From Antechinus flavipes (lineage: Eukaryota): 64,000 nt of DNA. The DNA lies in contig NC_067399.1 of the NCBI RefSeq assembly GCF_016432865.1, positions 639,654,001 to 639,718,000 of the forward strand, read 5' to 3'. Positions 26,091 through 39,269 of the stretch are shown piece after piece; position 1 is the stretch's first letter, and the number at the start of each line of letters is the position of its first letter. The position numbers and the translations under genes were made by a program. The notes beneath the pieces were generated by a model. That model saw nothing but the letters and a program-made list of their open reading frames with translations. It did not search any database and was not told the origin of the DNA.

Positions 26091-27654
26091 AGTTTTAAAT
26101 TCAATCTAAAATCAAGATCTGAATTCAAAATCTGATGTCAGATATATTTACTATATGTATGACCCTAGGCAAATCACTTGACTTCTGTCTGCCTTAATTT
26201 CTTTCATCTGTAAAATGGGATAATGATAGCATCTACTTCATAGGAAGCACTAATTTTGTTGTTACTACAAATCCATCTTCCTATCATCCTCTGAATGAAA
26301 GCCAGGACAGGAGCACCATCAATTGAGGGCTTATAGCCTCCGAGAGCTGGTGCCTTCTCTGGCATGTTCTCGCTTCCATTCCCACCACCCTTGCACTGAC
26401 CTCTCAAGGCATCAAAAGTGCTCACTCTGTGCCTTGGGAGCCCTGAAGAAGCATAAGACATGCTTCCTGCCCTGCAGGGGTTTATGGTCCAGTGGGAGAG
26501 AGAAAACATCATGTATGTGGGAAAAACAGCTACAATAATAAAGCCGCAGGTTATAAGCCATACAGACAAGAGCTATAGGCTACTGCAATATCACATTTCT
26601 TTTCCATTAACAAGCTTTTTATTTTTTCTCCCTTCTACTTCCTCCTACCACCTTGAGGAGAAGGGGGAGAAGGATAAACAAAACCCTTGTAATAACCAGG
26701 CATATTCAAGCAAAACAAATTTCCATATTGACCACTTCCAAAAATACACATCTCATTCTCCTGCCCTCACCTAGAAGCCCCCTCCCAACTGCAAGTATCC
26801 TCTCCATCCCTTCTGATCCTCCTAATGGAGGGTGCTCTGCTTAATGGTCACTTGAAGCCAGTCAGATGCAGCTTCAACCTGCCTCGGACCCTTACTAGAT
26901 GTCATTTAATGAAACCATAAGGGCATCTACCCAGCTCTCAACAGACCACCACAGATCAAGTGGTGGAAGGGACTCAGAGGCCTTCTAGCCTCTTGCCCCC
27001 TTTGCTGCTGCAGGGACAGGTGAGGGACCCATTCCAGGTCATGCAGATGATATCCCAGACAAGGTCCCCAGACTGTAGAGTCAAGGATTCCTTCTGCCCG
27101 GGTCTCAGCATCCTGCTCAAAGCCCTTTATCAGGCCACTCGCCCTCTCCCATGAAAAGTGAAGTATCACTAGTCCTGCATCAAGAATCTTCACAGCTGGG
27201 CTCCACGCTACTTTTCTAACTAAAGTCAAACTGCAGCCAAACTACATCCCTGCCAAATTCCCCCCCGGCACCCATCCCATCCTCTCCCATCGCTGGGCCT
27301 AGGGGTACCACAGAGGCCAATCTCTGCCCTGCAAAGTCTCCATCCTTTACGGTCCCCTCAGGTGGCCTTAAGTCTGACTTCCTCCCAGAAGCTCCCGCTC
27401 CTTTGTCCTCCCTTCTCATACACTTAGCATGTTCCTTCACTTCTCCCACAGGGTCTGAGTTACTTGAGGCCAAAGCCATGTTTTCAAGGTCCAGGTGGGC
27501 TTTCACCTCCATGAAGTCTTCTCAGAATGCCCACGGCACTTAGTCCAACAATTTTTTCCCACAAACATATCTTACATACTTTAGGTCACATACTGCTGGA
27601 AGATAAGAAGCATGTCCTATACCTCCCTGCTGCTCACAAAACATCTAAGCATAT

Positions 27655-27657
<3 letters not shown>

Positions 27658-27692
<35 letters not shown>
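27658..27692 (+). repeat. (AC)n microsatellite, ~17 units
   Basis: Uninterrupted acac run. Confidence 0.95.
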
Positions 27693-27693
<1 letters not shown>

Positions 27694-28796
27694 CACATAA
27701 TCAAGCTCTTAAAAAGAACCAAGTTCTGACACTTGTCGCACCCCAAAACACCCTTAGTAGTGGCTGTAGATTCTCTACCATTCCACCTTAAACAAAAATT
27801 CACAAAAAGGACCGCTTTTCTATCCCACAAGATTATCTCATGTAATAGTTGTACTATTTTTTAGAGACACCTATGGGAATCCACACCAGGACAACTGGTA
27901 AAACATTTCCATTCCCAAAACACAGACAGCATTACGCAGTGCTGGAGAAATAGAGAGTAATCACCTGCCATTTCCAAAGCAACTCTTGACACTCCTTCTA
28001 AAGTATTCTGGAAGTAATTAATACTGGATTTGTCTATGAACAAAATCTAAGAATCCACAAAGTAGCAAATCCATTCATGAACATGTCACTCAGCTATATC
28101 CTACACAAAGGAACTTACTGAGAAAAAGTGGGGGGAGAAAGCATGAAAATCAAGTGGGGAGGAGACAATGTTAAATCAGATCTACCCAGAATTTCCCTAC
28201 AATCATCATTGGTGCCCAAAGTCTTAAACAGGGTTTGTGAAAAGGCCAAGCTTAAATATGAATCACAAAGTCACTACAATCACCCACATTGACTACTACA
28301 TCCAAATCTGATGCCTTATCTATTTGTTTTGTTACTGGGGAAAAAATCATGCACAGAAGGAAAATGTCAGGACTAAATTCTGCCCATTTTCCAATGACCA
28401 CAAACAATTCTTTGAAGCCAGTGAAGTAAAAAAGAAATCAGTAAATAAACATTGGTTAGTAAAGAGGCAGTAAAGAAGAAAACTATTTAACAAAACCAAA
28501 ACCAGCAAGAAGACTGTAAAACTTCTCTACATCAGGGACAAAAAGAAAGGAAAGTTAACAAATCTGAAGCCCAAGTGTTCTCTGGTTCTCTCTTGTCTCG
28601 CTCTCTCTCTATCTCTCTATGAACCTCCATTCCCCAGATATAACTTCAATAAATAAAAAAGGTATAAGTGCTCTCCTGTCTCTGAAAGATACAAGAGGCA
28701 TCTAGACACAAGTGTCCCGATTCATGCTGCAAACGTGCTGTTCTTCCAAACATTTCCATTTCAATCATGAAAAAATTGCATAAGGAAAAGACTCAC

Positions 28797-28823
28797 CATC
28801 TTGAGGAGGTCCCAGTCAAACAT
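28797..28823 (-). CDS. SGPL1: SGPL1 first coding segment (exon 2 spans 28797-28848; ATG at 28823)
   Basis: ttttacag|CAAGAAGG...GAGGAAG ATG TTT GAC TGG GAC CTC CTC AAG ATG|gtgagt. It gives MFDWDLLKM, against human MPSTDLLML and mouse MPGTDLLKL (recalled). The 27 coding bp and phase 0 join in frame to the 10284 exon. Confidence 0.92.
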
Positions 28824-29399
28824 CTTCCTCCTCCTCAGTGCCTTCTTGCTGTAAAAAAGAAGTCAAGTGGTTTAGCTAAGAGGCTGATGAACCCGGGGAA
28901 GCTCAGAGTACACAAAAAAGATTCGCTTCCTTCTTAGAAGCTCAGGTTTCACTCCTAGGGACTCGGAGTCGACCCCGCCCCAATCTCTGCTGGAGCGAAT
29001 CAGGAGCGGGCTCCCTCGGGCTCCACCCACAAGATCCCTCCCAAACTGGACACCCGGGTACCAGCCCGTGGTCAGTTTCAGGGTTCAGTTTCCTCCCTCC
29101 CACTACTACAGCTCAGCGGCGCACCGCAAGGGGGAGGGGAGTCACCCTCAATTCGACTTTCTCCCACTAAACACTGGCCTTTACTGCGCCCCAATCCAAA
29201 CCCCGATCATATTCATCTCTGAACAACCTCCCACAACCTCGTAGATTCGGGCTCCGCACGTCCAGCGAGGTCCCTGCCTGGGCTTGGGGGTCCCACTGCA
29301 CCCTGCCCAGTGCCCTCAGGGAACCTAGCCCATTTGTGACCCATCCAGGCATAGCCTCCCACCCTGCCCCTTTGAGGATAAGATTGGTCCCTCAGAGAC

Positions 29400-29970
29400 C
29401 CCCAGATTCCCCAGAGTTTGGGGAACAGTGAGCCCTCTCATCTAATCCCCCTCCGAGTCCGCTCCACTGGAACCATTCCAAATGACCCCCATCCAGAAAG
29501 AGCTCTGACCCTCAGTGAGATCCCCGACCCAAGCACCCTTAAGCCCTCAAAGGAACCCCCAAAATAGAAGGATCCCCGATCTCCCAAACTTAGGACCTCC
29601 AGCCTCCCAAATGGATCCCCAAACCTGCAGGATCCATTAGAGAAACGCCCAAACCCTAAAAGCTGGGACCCACGATCTCCCAAAGAGATTCCCAAACCAG
29701 AGGTAACCCGAACCCCTTAGAGGTAAGACCTTCAAATCAGACACCCAAACCCTCAAAGGGACTGTAACCTCCGACCTCTTGGAAGGACCCCCAAACTAGA
29801 GGGAACCCAACCTCTCAGAGGAACCCCTGAAGCATAAAAGCTGGGACCCCCAACCTTCTGAAGGGATCTCCAAGTCAGAGGAATCCCCACCAGAGGGACT
29901 CCCCAGATCACAAGAGCTGGAACCTCCAACATCCCAGAAGGACCCCCAAATCCAAGGGACCCCTCAGGGC
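29400..29970. repeat. Degenerate ~20-bp minisatellite-like C-rich array at the start of SGPL1 intron 1
   Basis: Recurring ggacccccaaa/gatcccc/gaacccc units, and aaaagctgggaccc at ~29658 and ~29837. Confidence 0.55.
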
Positions 29971-31150
29971 AAGCTCGCCTCAGCCTCTGCCGTCTCCCCT
30001 CTCCTCACCCCGCAGCGGGTTCCCTCTCCCCTCCTTCGGAGGTCCGACCGGGACTGGACCCGGACCAGGACCAGAACCCCGACCGCCGCTGCAGCTGAGA
30101 TTGGAGCCGAGGCTGCTCCGCCCCTCCCTCTTTCCCTCTGCCCCCACCCCTCCCGTCGCTGCGGCTCGCGCCGCTTTCGGCCCGGAAGTGGCACATGGCC
30201 CCGCCTAGCCCTCGCTTATCGCTCCGGCCCGAGCTGCCAGTGCTGCGCATGCTCGGAAGGCGACGCTGACGACCGCGCAGGGAGACCAAGACAGAGTGCC
30301 CCCACCCTCCCCGAAAACCGAGAAAGCGCGAAGTCTCCATCTGGTGGCCAGGCAAAGGAGATGCACCCTCCCCCTTCCTCCTTACTCCAGGAGGCTTTTA
30401 CTGAACGCAGGTTGGGTGCTAGGCGCTTCGCAGCGTGAAACCAGTCCAAGAGTTAGGGGCCGCAGACCCTCTCACTTCCAGGGGAGCCGTGCCGGGTGAG
30501 ACGCCCTTTGCCCCGGGCCGGGCTGCAGAGTAAGTGCGCAGTAACTGTCGGAGGGCCGGAGGCCGGCTCTCCCCATCCCAGTCAGGGGGGACATATTTCA
30601 TGGGGCAGGGGAGGGGGCGTCCCGAGAGTCACCAGGAAAGAGAGGGGTGCGGAACATTAGGAGAGGGGAACCCCGCTGGGCTTCCTGGTGCCTTCCCGCT
30701 CCGCTTCGCTCCAAAAGGTAGGCAGAGAAAGGAGCCGGTCGGTACATTTTCAGGCGGGTATTTATATACCTTGGAAATCGCTACCAACCAGGCCCGGATT
30801 GAGACACAAGGCGGCCATGGAGAAAGTGTTAACCTGAGGTTTTGTAGAGCTGCTTATGAAACATTTACCCACACACGTCAAAAACAGACCCGGTGTAAGG
30901 CGCTCCTAACAGGCCTTTCAGATCTTGGAAATCTTAAATCACTCCGTCGTGTTAATGGCATTAACTGCTGACGTTACTTACGGTTCTTTGAGTTATCGCC
31001 CTCTTTCAGACACTGGGACCCTAGGCAAGTCACTTAACAGATTTCCCCCAAAAAATTATAGCACAATTGCCGCCATCCACCTCCCTTCTAATCCCCATCA
31101 TTTAGACTATCCCTGTCGTGGGCCTCGGCTTCCAAAACGGCCAGAATGTA
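29960..31150. promoter_or_regulatory. SGPL1: CpG-island promoter of SGPL1 with ETS/GABP, SP1 and NRF1-like motifs
   Basis: Dense CpG in an otherwise CpG-depleted window. Motifs are ccggaagtg (30182-30190), GC box ggccccgcct (30197-30206) and tgcgcatgc (30244-30252). No TATA box is evident. Confidence 0.85.
30009..30190 (-). other. SGPL1: SGPL1 non-coding exon 1 (5' end approximate)
   Basis: Inside the CpG island, with donor CTGCGGG|gtgagg at 30009/30008. The TSS is inferred near the ETS motif at 30182-30190. Confidence 0.75.
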
Positions 31151-31799
31151 AGAATGCCCGATGCCACACTATCATACTACCACGGACAATGACTTTGAAA
31201 CTAGCCTCTGAAACGTTCAAGAACATCTACTTTGCATTAGAGGCAACCAAAAAGAGAAACAAAAACAAACCAAAAAAAAAAAAAGAATTCTAGAGAAATA
31301 CGAGAAAGTACGGCTAGATTTTCTTGCTTAATATAGAACTGAGAGAGGACTTAATTACCATCAAGTCCAACCGTTGGACAGAAGAAGAAAATGATGGTGG
31401 GGGAAAGGTTCTGACTTAGCCAAGATCAATCAAAGAGCAGGAAGGCCTGGAAAACAGAAAATGTGTTTTGGGGGCAGGGGAACTTGGTTGGTTGTATGTT
31501 TTATTGTGTGTCCCTGGCTCCAATGTCCAACAAATAGGGAATGCTTGATAAATGCCTGCTGACCGAGGTCCCTTTCAGCTCTAAATCAAGAATTAAGGGA
31601 TAATTGCTACAAGTTGCTATAAGCAAACTAAAACTTGAGTGTCCTGACACCCATCCCTAGCCCCATATGCCTTGAATGAATTAAAAAAAAAACTATTCTA
31701 ATTGTTCAAAAGGAGAAATGTTACACTAAAAGATATGGTTGTACCTATATATTTTTAAGGAAATGTTTTCTCTTGTGGAGCTGCCAAGAAAAAAAATGT

Positions 31800-32520
31800 T
31801 TTTAATTATTAGTACACCATCCTTCCAGTTATTCAGAATCATTCTCAGATCTTGCCTCTCCCCTACATCCCATCAGTGGCCAAGTCTTATAACCTCTAGC
31901 TCCAAAATACCTCTCTTATCAGTCTCTCATCTGACCACCCCCATGATTTATTTCATCACTGCTTCTTACCTTGACAATGGCTGTATCCTAATTGGTCCCG
32001 CTTCTTCCCGTTTCTCCCTTCTCTAATCCAGCCTTCACACAGCTGCCAAATCAAAAACACAGATCTGTCTGTGTCACCTCAAGAATTTGTAATGTCTCCT
32101 TCTTTCCTTAAGGATCAAATGCAAGCTCTTTAACATGACTTTGAACAGTCTGGTCCCAAACTCTTTACATACTCCTTGGTGAATGACACATTCCAATTAA
32201 ACTGGCCTAGTTGCTATTCATTTCAATCCAGCATTCCTCCTCCCACTTCATGCCTCTATCTAGGTTGTCCCTCATGCCTAGAATGAGCTCCCTCCTACTC
32301 CCCACCTTTTCAGATCCCTCCTTTCCTTCAAGTCTTAGCTCTCCAGACAGGTCTTTCCTAATCCACCCCTATTCTGCTGACACAAACACAGATATGTGTT
32401 CTTCCTTCTGAAATTCCTTTTCATTTATTTACCTGTGTCTAGGTTGTATTCCTCAGAGTGACTATAAACTCCTTACAGGCAAGGACCAACTTTTTCGGTT
32501 TTGTATCTCTAGCACCTAGG
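31800..32520 (+). mobile_element. L2 3' fragment running into an N gap
   Basis: cttgcctctccctacatccc...ccagccttcacacagctgccaaa...caggcaaggaccaac...gtatctctagcacctagg is typical L2 3' text. Confidence 0.65.
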
Positions 32521-32684
32521 NNNNNNNNNNNNNNNNNNNNNNNNNNNNNNNNNNNNNNNNNNNNNNNNNNNNNNNNNNNNNNNNNNNNNNNNNNNNNNNN
32601 NNNNNNNNNNNNNNNNNNNNNNNNNNNNNNNNNNNNNNNNNNNNNNNNNNNNNNNNNNNNNNNNNNNNNNNNNNNNNNNNNNNN
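32521..32684. other. Assembly gap (164 N)
   Basis: Run of n. Confidence 1.
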
Positions 32685-35600
32685 AAATAATAACATCCAG
32701 AGGAAATAATTTGATTCCTTTGTAAAGATGTTTTAGGTTAGGGACCACTAATTTAATTTATGATGACTATTTGTGTAGCTATCCCTTACTTGGCTCTTGG
32801 GACAAGCTAGCTAGCTGCAGCTGCTTATCTCTCTCCCTTTACCCCTAATCTTACTTACCTAAATTAGCTTCTTAACCCAGGTGTTCTACACTCCCCTTTT
32901 GTTTTATCTTGGGGGTAAAGTCAGGCCCTGTGAAATTTAATAATTTGTTGTAGCTCCTTCTGCTCCTAGTACTAGGAACAGAGATGATAGCAAAAGGGGA
33001 GATTATCCCATTCCTCTGTGACTGCCATAGGGCATCCTTCTCAACTCTTGGCAATGAGGAGGGAGTAAAAAGCTACCCTGCTGATACTGATTCACTGCAA
33101 GTCCCCTCTTGTTCTTCCAGCATCATCCCGGATTATAGACTCATGAAGGCAAGGGGAACCTCCCTTAAGAATTCTGCAATCCCTTCTATCAAAACAAATA
33201 CTTTTTTTATCCTTCCTTCATTCCTTGTTGATTTGGTCTGGTGCCTTCAGCCCCAAGCACTATGGGTTGAAACTTGAAAGATTCATCTTTATGAGTTCAA
33301 ATGTGGCCTCAGATGACTAGCTAAGTTACCCTGAGCAGGTCACTTTACTCTGTTTGCCTCAAACAAACTGGTAATGAGCTCCAATTCTATGGTCTCCCCC
33401 AAAACACCTTGTATTTATTATGTATATGCTAATGTGTATATACTACACCTATTTTGTCCAGTCCCCTGTGGATTGCAAATTCCTAGAGGGCACATTTCAT
33501 TCCTGTCTTTGTATCCCCAACATATAATAGTTACCTAGTAAATGTCTGCAAATTGATTAGCTGACATCAAAAGGAGATAAAATGATAGAAAAGTGGCCTA
33601 AAAGAGCAGGAAGTGACCTATCTTCTGCCTGATCCATCTTTGGAAATCTGGGGTGAGGTCAATATGAGAAAGAAAATGCAGAGTTATACAATAGAAGGAG
33701 AATACTTTACAACTTCTTATTTTAAGTCACTCTGGGCTTGTACTAGATGTTCTCTGAGGTACCTTCCAACTTTAAATCTTTGCTCCTAAGGTCAATTACA
33801 GAAGGCAAAGATTCTTGAAAGCTTTCTTTCCAGTGAGGAAAGAGACCCATACCATTAGATTTTGAAACAGAAGTTACAAAACTTTATTTCTGAAGCCATT
33901 TTGTTGCTGTTTCCCATCCACAAGATTACATTGCCCATCTCTGTGCCTTTGAACAAACTAATCTTCTCTGTGTCTGGGATAATCTCCCTATTCACCCCTA
34001 CCCTAGTATCTCCTGCACCTTACCTAATCCAACCTAGTCCTTATCATTCCTCCTTACAATTACTTTGTATTTATTTAGCTGTATACATTGTTTCTCCCCA
34101 GTAGAATTACTCCTTGAGGACCAGAAATGTTTTGTTTTTGACTTGGTATCCCAAAGCATCCAGAGCATACCAAATAAGTACTTATTATAAAAACAACAAA
34201 CTAGCCAGCAGATATCTCAATATATTCTATCTCAGTTCCTCCTCTGAAGAATTCTTGCTTTTGTGATCCAGGACAAGTCATTTAACTTCTCAATACCTCA
34301 GAAACTTGACATGACAGTACAAATACCTCTCTGCTTTAGAATGAGGAGTTTCCCTTATAAAAAGGGTCTTATCACTATTCTGGGCTTGAAAAAAATTATT
34401 GTTTCTTATCAAACAGGCACACTAACAATCTCTTTTAAAAGATCAAAAGGCAAAATGTAAAAGCTAAGAGGTCTAGTTGAAATAGGTTCATTTCATTCAA
34501 TCAAGTTCTCCCCAGGTGAAAATCCTTGAATTAAAGGAAAAGTAAATTTCTTGTATAAACAAAAGAAAAGCTAATATTAGAAACTCCATCTTTCTACCTT
34601 TTCCCCTTGCCCCCCATCCAGTAGATGTTCTCCTTTATCTTCCCTCAGAAATTTTCAAAGAGTAGTCTGAGAAGCACCAATGGACCTCCAAAGTAACCAT
34701 CAGGCTTGAGCAAGCTACACAAAAGTCTGTTGGATTCAATTCATTAAACATATTAAGCTGCTCACTATGGGTCAGTCATTATAGATTCAGAAGCAAAAAA
34801 ATGAAACAGTCCTTACCTTCAGACAGTATACATTCCCTAATAGATTGTCTCTTTTTTTTTCTTTTTAAAAACTTTAAATTTAAAAATTAAAAATTCTGGA
34901 TTTTTAGAAGAATTATCTTATTTCAGTGCAAAAGATTTTTGGTAAATATTTTCCTTTTTTAAATTTTTAAAGGCTTTTTTATTTTACAATATATGCATAG
35001 ATGGTTTTCAACATTCACCGTGTCAAAGCCTTGTGTTCCAAATTTTCACACCCTCCTTTCCCTCCACTCCATCCCTCAGATGGCAAGTAATCCAATATAT
35101 ATTAAATGTGCAATTCTTCTATACATATTTCAGTGTGGATTTTTTTAAGAGCCGGAACGGCCCATAGCCAAGCTGAGGCTTGAACTCAGAATTCCCAATG
35201 CTAGAAAACTGCAAGGCATTTCCATTATCCAAAATGTGAACCTCTCAGATGAGATAGCCACGCATACCAGTGGCTGTTTACTCCCAAGCAAATTCCAATG
35301 CTTTTTGGCTACCTCAGAGATAAGGGAGGGCAAACAGTGAACGTGTCCTTTCCCAGGGATATTTCACCACAGTGAGCTTACTATTCAGGCTAAAAATGTC
35401 AGCTTTACCTTGATTAATCCCACTGAAGGCAACCCTCTGTGTATCTAACTCAACACAGGCTATACAGAAAATCCAGGAAAGAAAGAAAGCTTCCACACAC
35501 ACACAATTACAGGCGCACACACAATTGCAGGCGCACACACGGAGCAGAAAAATGGAGTGGACTCTACAAGCCAACTCACCTGGAGGATGAGGAAGATCAC

Positions 35601-36195
35601 TTAAGGCTGGAGCGTGGTGATATTCTGGTCCTGCCCAGGCTCTCCCACCAGTGATTTGTTTCTGGTTCCCGTTGCCACGGGACACTGAACAAGGAGACAA
35701 ATTGTTGAGAAGGTTCCTGTTCCCTGAGGGAGCCAGGAAGCACATAAGCAACAGAAGCTACAATTAAGAGAGATGACACACTACTGGTCCATGGGGAAGA
35801 TGGAAAGGATATGTCTCTGGAGGTGGAGATGGGGGGAAATGGGGGAAGAGACAATACTGTGCCCACGAGAATGAGGATGCAAAGCTTCACGGGATTCTGA
35901 GGCTTGGCAGGGGGCTTCTCAGAAGAGCCAGGGGGATAAGCAGCAATATTCGTTGCTCCAACTACAAACAATGATCAGATCCTTAGGGAACTGAGTTTTT
36001 TTCCAAAGGAAGTCCCCTCGTTCCTCCCGGGCTTCAAAAGGTCCACCAGCAGACATCAAACGACCTACAAGAGACACAACGTTTGAATAATAAACAAAAA
36101 CAAACAGTTTAAGGGGAAGGAACTCCCAGAGAAACCAAAGCCAGGCCAGTCATCAAACACTGACTTGTAGAGCAGGGAAGGAAGGCCACACTCAC

Positions 36196-36400
36196 CTGGC
36201 CTTTCAAGCCGAGATCTCACGGACCAAAACATTGAAGTTAGGAGCTTTCCACTTCCAAACTACTCTTTCATTTAAATTCCCAATCTAGGAATTGTGTGAT
36301 TGGCTGAACCCAGCCCGATTTCTCTCATCCTATTGGTTTAGATCTGAGAAGAAACACCCACTAAGACTCAAGTCTGTTCCAACAAATCGATTGGTGCCTT
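36196..36400 (-). promoter_or_regulatory. Candidate upstream CCAAT-box promoter and first exon (same strand as SGPL1)
   Basis: Three minus-strand CCAAT boxes (36299-36303, 36332-36336, 36390-36394), followed by a consensus donor CCAG|gtgagt at 36196/36195. Confidence 0.4.
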
Positions 36401-37821
36401 TTAAATGAGCTTTCCCACCCCCACTCCCCCTTTTTTTCTGAATCCAAAGCCTTTATGAGACTGTTCTAGTCTGCTGAAGTCCTGTGGGATTTTTCCAAGA
36501 GGTTGTTGCTAGGACACAGCAACAGGTGTGGACCACACCTAGCCTGAGCTAGGTACTAGCTAGGTACTACTGACTTCTCATTCTTATTTTCCTGGGCCCC
36601 AGGATGACTTTCGGATCATTTATTTTAGCTTTTTTGGGGAGACAGGGAGCAGGAAGGACAGAAGGAAAGGGAATGGAGGAAGAGGAAGATGTCTTCGCAG
36701 ACCTGAGGCTTTTCAACAGAAAGAATTGAGCCTCTTGGGTCTCATTGCTAATTATTTCAAGTCAAATGGGCAAATCTCTATGAAAAATCGCAGCATGTTG
36801 CGAAGGGAGATCTATGTCCCTGATTGTTTTTCAGGCTGTCTAACCTACAACTCTTATTCCCTGATCATACCCCTTCAGCCTCATTCTCACCCATGCCCGC
36901 CCATCCTATTCCACTCTTCAAGATCCTACAGCCAGAGCCGGACTAGATAGAATTCCGCTCTCTAGAAACTCTTAACTAACAGCAATCTGCCTGGGCGACC
37001 CCTTCTTCCAGCTGTTCCTTGGAAATCACTTTGTATAGATTTTTTTTTATTTTCTGATATGTTTCCTCTCAATAAAATATAAGTTCCTTGAAGCGGGAGT
37101 TGTTTCATTTTGTCTTTACAGCTCGGGACATAGCACATAAAAGATTTTCAATAAAAGCTTGAATTGAATGGATAAGCTGGACTTGCTTGCTTCTGAGGTC
37201 ACTTAAATAGAGTTTAACTTTGAACTTAAAGAATTTCATTCTGGCTTTAAGTAATTACTGGATGGCTGCAGTTTGCTGAGTGAGCACAAGATATAATATA
37301 TATGTGAAGAAATAGCCTGTACTTTTTCTTTCCCATAGATACTTCTCTACAATAATTACATGTAACTGTGCCATCTATAGCAAAGCTTCTTTTTCCATTT
37401 AGCTACCCCTTTTTGGGCAAAGAAATTTTTACATGTCTACAGGTATATAGGTATATAAAATAGGTATACAAATTAAACATTTACTGATAATCATAATTTC
37501 ATGACTCCCACATTTAGTTACAAGATTCCATATAAGTTCTTGAACCACAGTTTAAGAAGCTGGGATCTTTATTATCTCCACCATATCTCTGCAGATATCT
37601 AGTTATCTGCTCTTCTCTATCATAGATCCCATATCTTTTTTTTTTTAAAGCACGTGTTTCTTAATGGTAAGTTGATTTTTCTGTACCTTGTAGCCAATTG
37701 GAATCTCCCTCTCTCCCTTCCCCTTCTTTCTTCTCTTTTACATTTCAAGTTTTAAAAATCTGTTGACGCTTGACTGTTTCAGAATTTTTCTTTCAGGTAC
37801 CAACAATACAAGCCATAAAAA

Positions 37822-37979
37822 NNNNNNNNNNNNNNNNNNNNNNNNNNNNNNNNNNNNNNNNNNNNNNNNNNNNNNNNNNNNNNNNNNNNNNNNNNNNNNN
37901 NNNNNNNNNNNNNNNNNNNNNNNNNNNNNNNNNNNNNNNNNNNNNNNNNNNNNNNNNNNNNNNNNNNNNNNNNNNNNNN
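37822..37979. other. Assembly gap (158 N)
   Basis: Run of n. Confidence 1.
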
Positions 37980-38249
37980 AAACAGGCAGTTTCACCAGAA
38001 GTAGAGGGATTGGTTTAAGTTTGGGTTTTTGTTTTGTTTTGTTTTGTTTTTTACTTCCAAAAACTTTGATGGCCAGGGCTATGTTAAATAGGCCTTTGGG
38101 GTTCCTTCTATTCCTTTCTATACTACACTATCTTAATCTAACCTCTCCTACCTAATGGACCCTATTCCACTCAGTATATATTAAGCACCCACGATGTGCT
38201 AAGTTGACAACATTACAAAATAAAATAGCCAGGATACTACAAAAGAAGA

Positions 38250-38680
38250 ATTTCAATTCTACTCTGCTATGGACAAAGCTTTAATTGTTCTTTTTCGTGT
38301 TTTTTTTTTAATTTTCAGTTCTGAATTCTCTAGTCCTATTCTCCAATTCCTCCTTCTAGTCCCTCTTCCACCCATTGAGAAGGAAAGAAATAAGATAGCC
38401 ATGATATATATTAGCCATCCACATTAGCCATGTCACCAGGGGAGAAAGAATATAAAAATAAAGTGAAAGAAAATCTGCTTCTATGTACAATAAGAGTTCT
38501 TTGGTTTTCTTTCTGGAGGTGGATAGCATTTTTCATCATGAGTTCTTTGAAATTTTAATGGATCATTGTATTGATCAGAGAAGCCAAATCTTTCATAGCT
38601 GATTATCATTACAATATTACTATTATTGCATACAATGATCTCCAAGTACTGCAAAGCTTTACTTTGTAATAAATTTCTGT
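38250..38680 (-). mobile_element. LINE-1 3' UTR/ORF2 end (antisense)
   Basis: tttctggaggtggatagcatttttcatcatgagttctttgaaatt...gctgattatcattacaatattactattattgcatacaatgatctcc. Confidence 0.6.
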
Positions 38681-39269
38681 CTACTTCACTGGCTTCCTAG
38701 AAGTCAAGGATAAAGTATAAATTCTCTATTTGACATTAAGGCTCTTTACAAGTAAGCCTAAACACACTTTTCCATCCTTTTTAATACTTTCTTTTCCTTT
38801 TAACACTCTATCATTAAACCATACTGGATTTGTGTAATTCCTAATTTTTACAGATGATATTCCCTCTCTATTTCCATGTTTTTGTGCTCCATGCCTAGTA
38901 TTCAGATCCTCCTTACCTCTGTCTTAAATTCTGTTATGTATGTCCTTCAGAGCACTTTGAGAACCACTTTCTACATTATTTTTTTCCTGATCCTACCCTA
39001 AAAGAAAATCTTTTTATTTTGTGTATACTGATTTCTATACATGTTTCCTGTCTCTAAAGAACATGAACTTTTTTGAGGACAAGGACTATTTTCATTTTTA
39101 TCTTGGTGTCTAGCACCAAGTATGTGCTTCATAAACTCATGACTAATTATTGATTGATTATCTGGGGAAGAGGAATCTCATAGCAGAAGAAAAGTGGTCT
39201 TGGTGGCTGCAGTCCAGAATAAGATATTATGGATTTGTTTTGTTAAATAAAATTTATTTTGAAAAGAAT

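Noticed and set aside
35597-35971. 124-aa minus-strand ORF as a small membrane protein
   Set aside because: Non-ATG start and no recognisable homology. It is better treated as part of the candidate non-coding exon chain.
32439-38155. ORFs containing X runs
   Set aside because: Artefacts of translating through the two N gaps.
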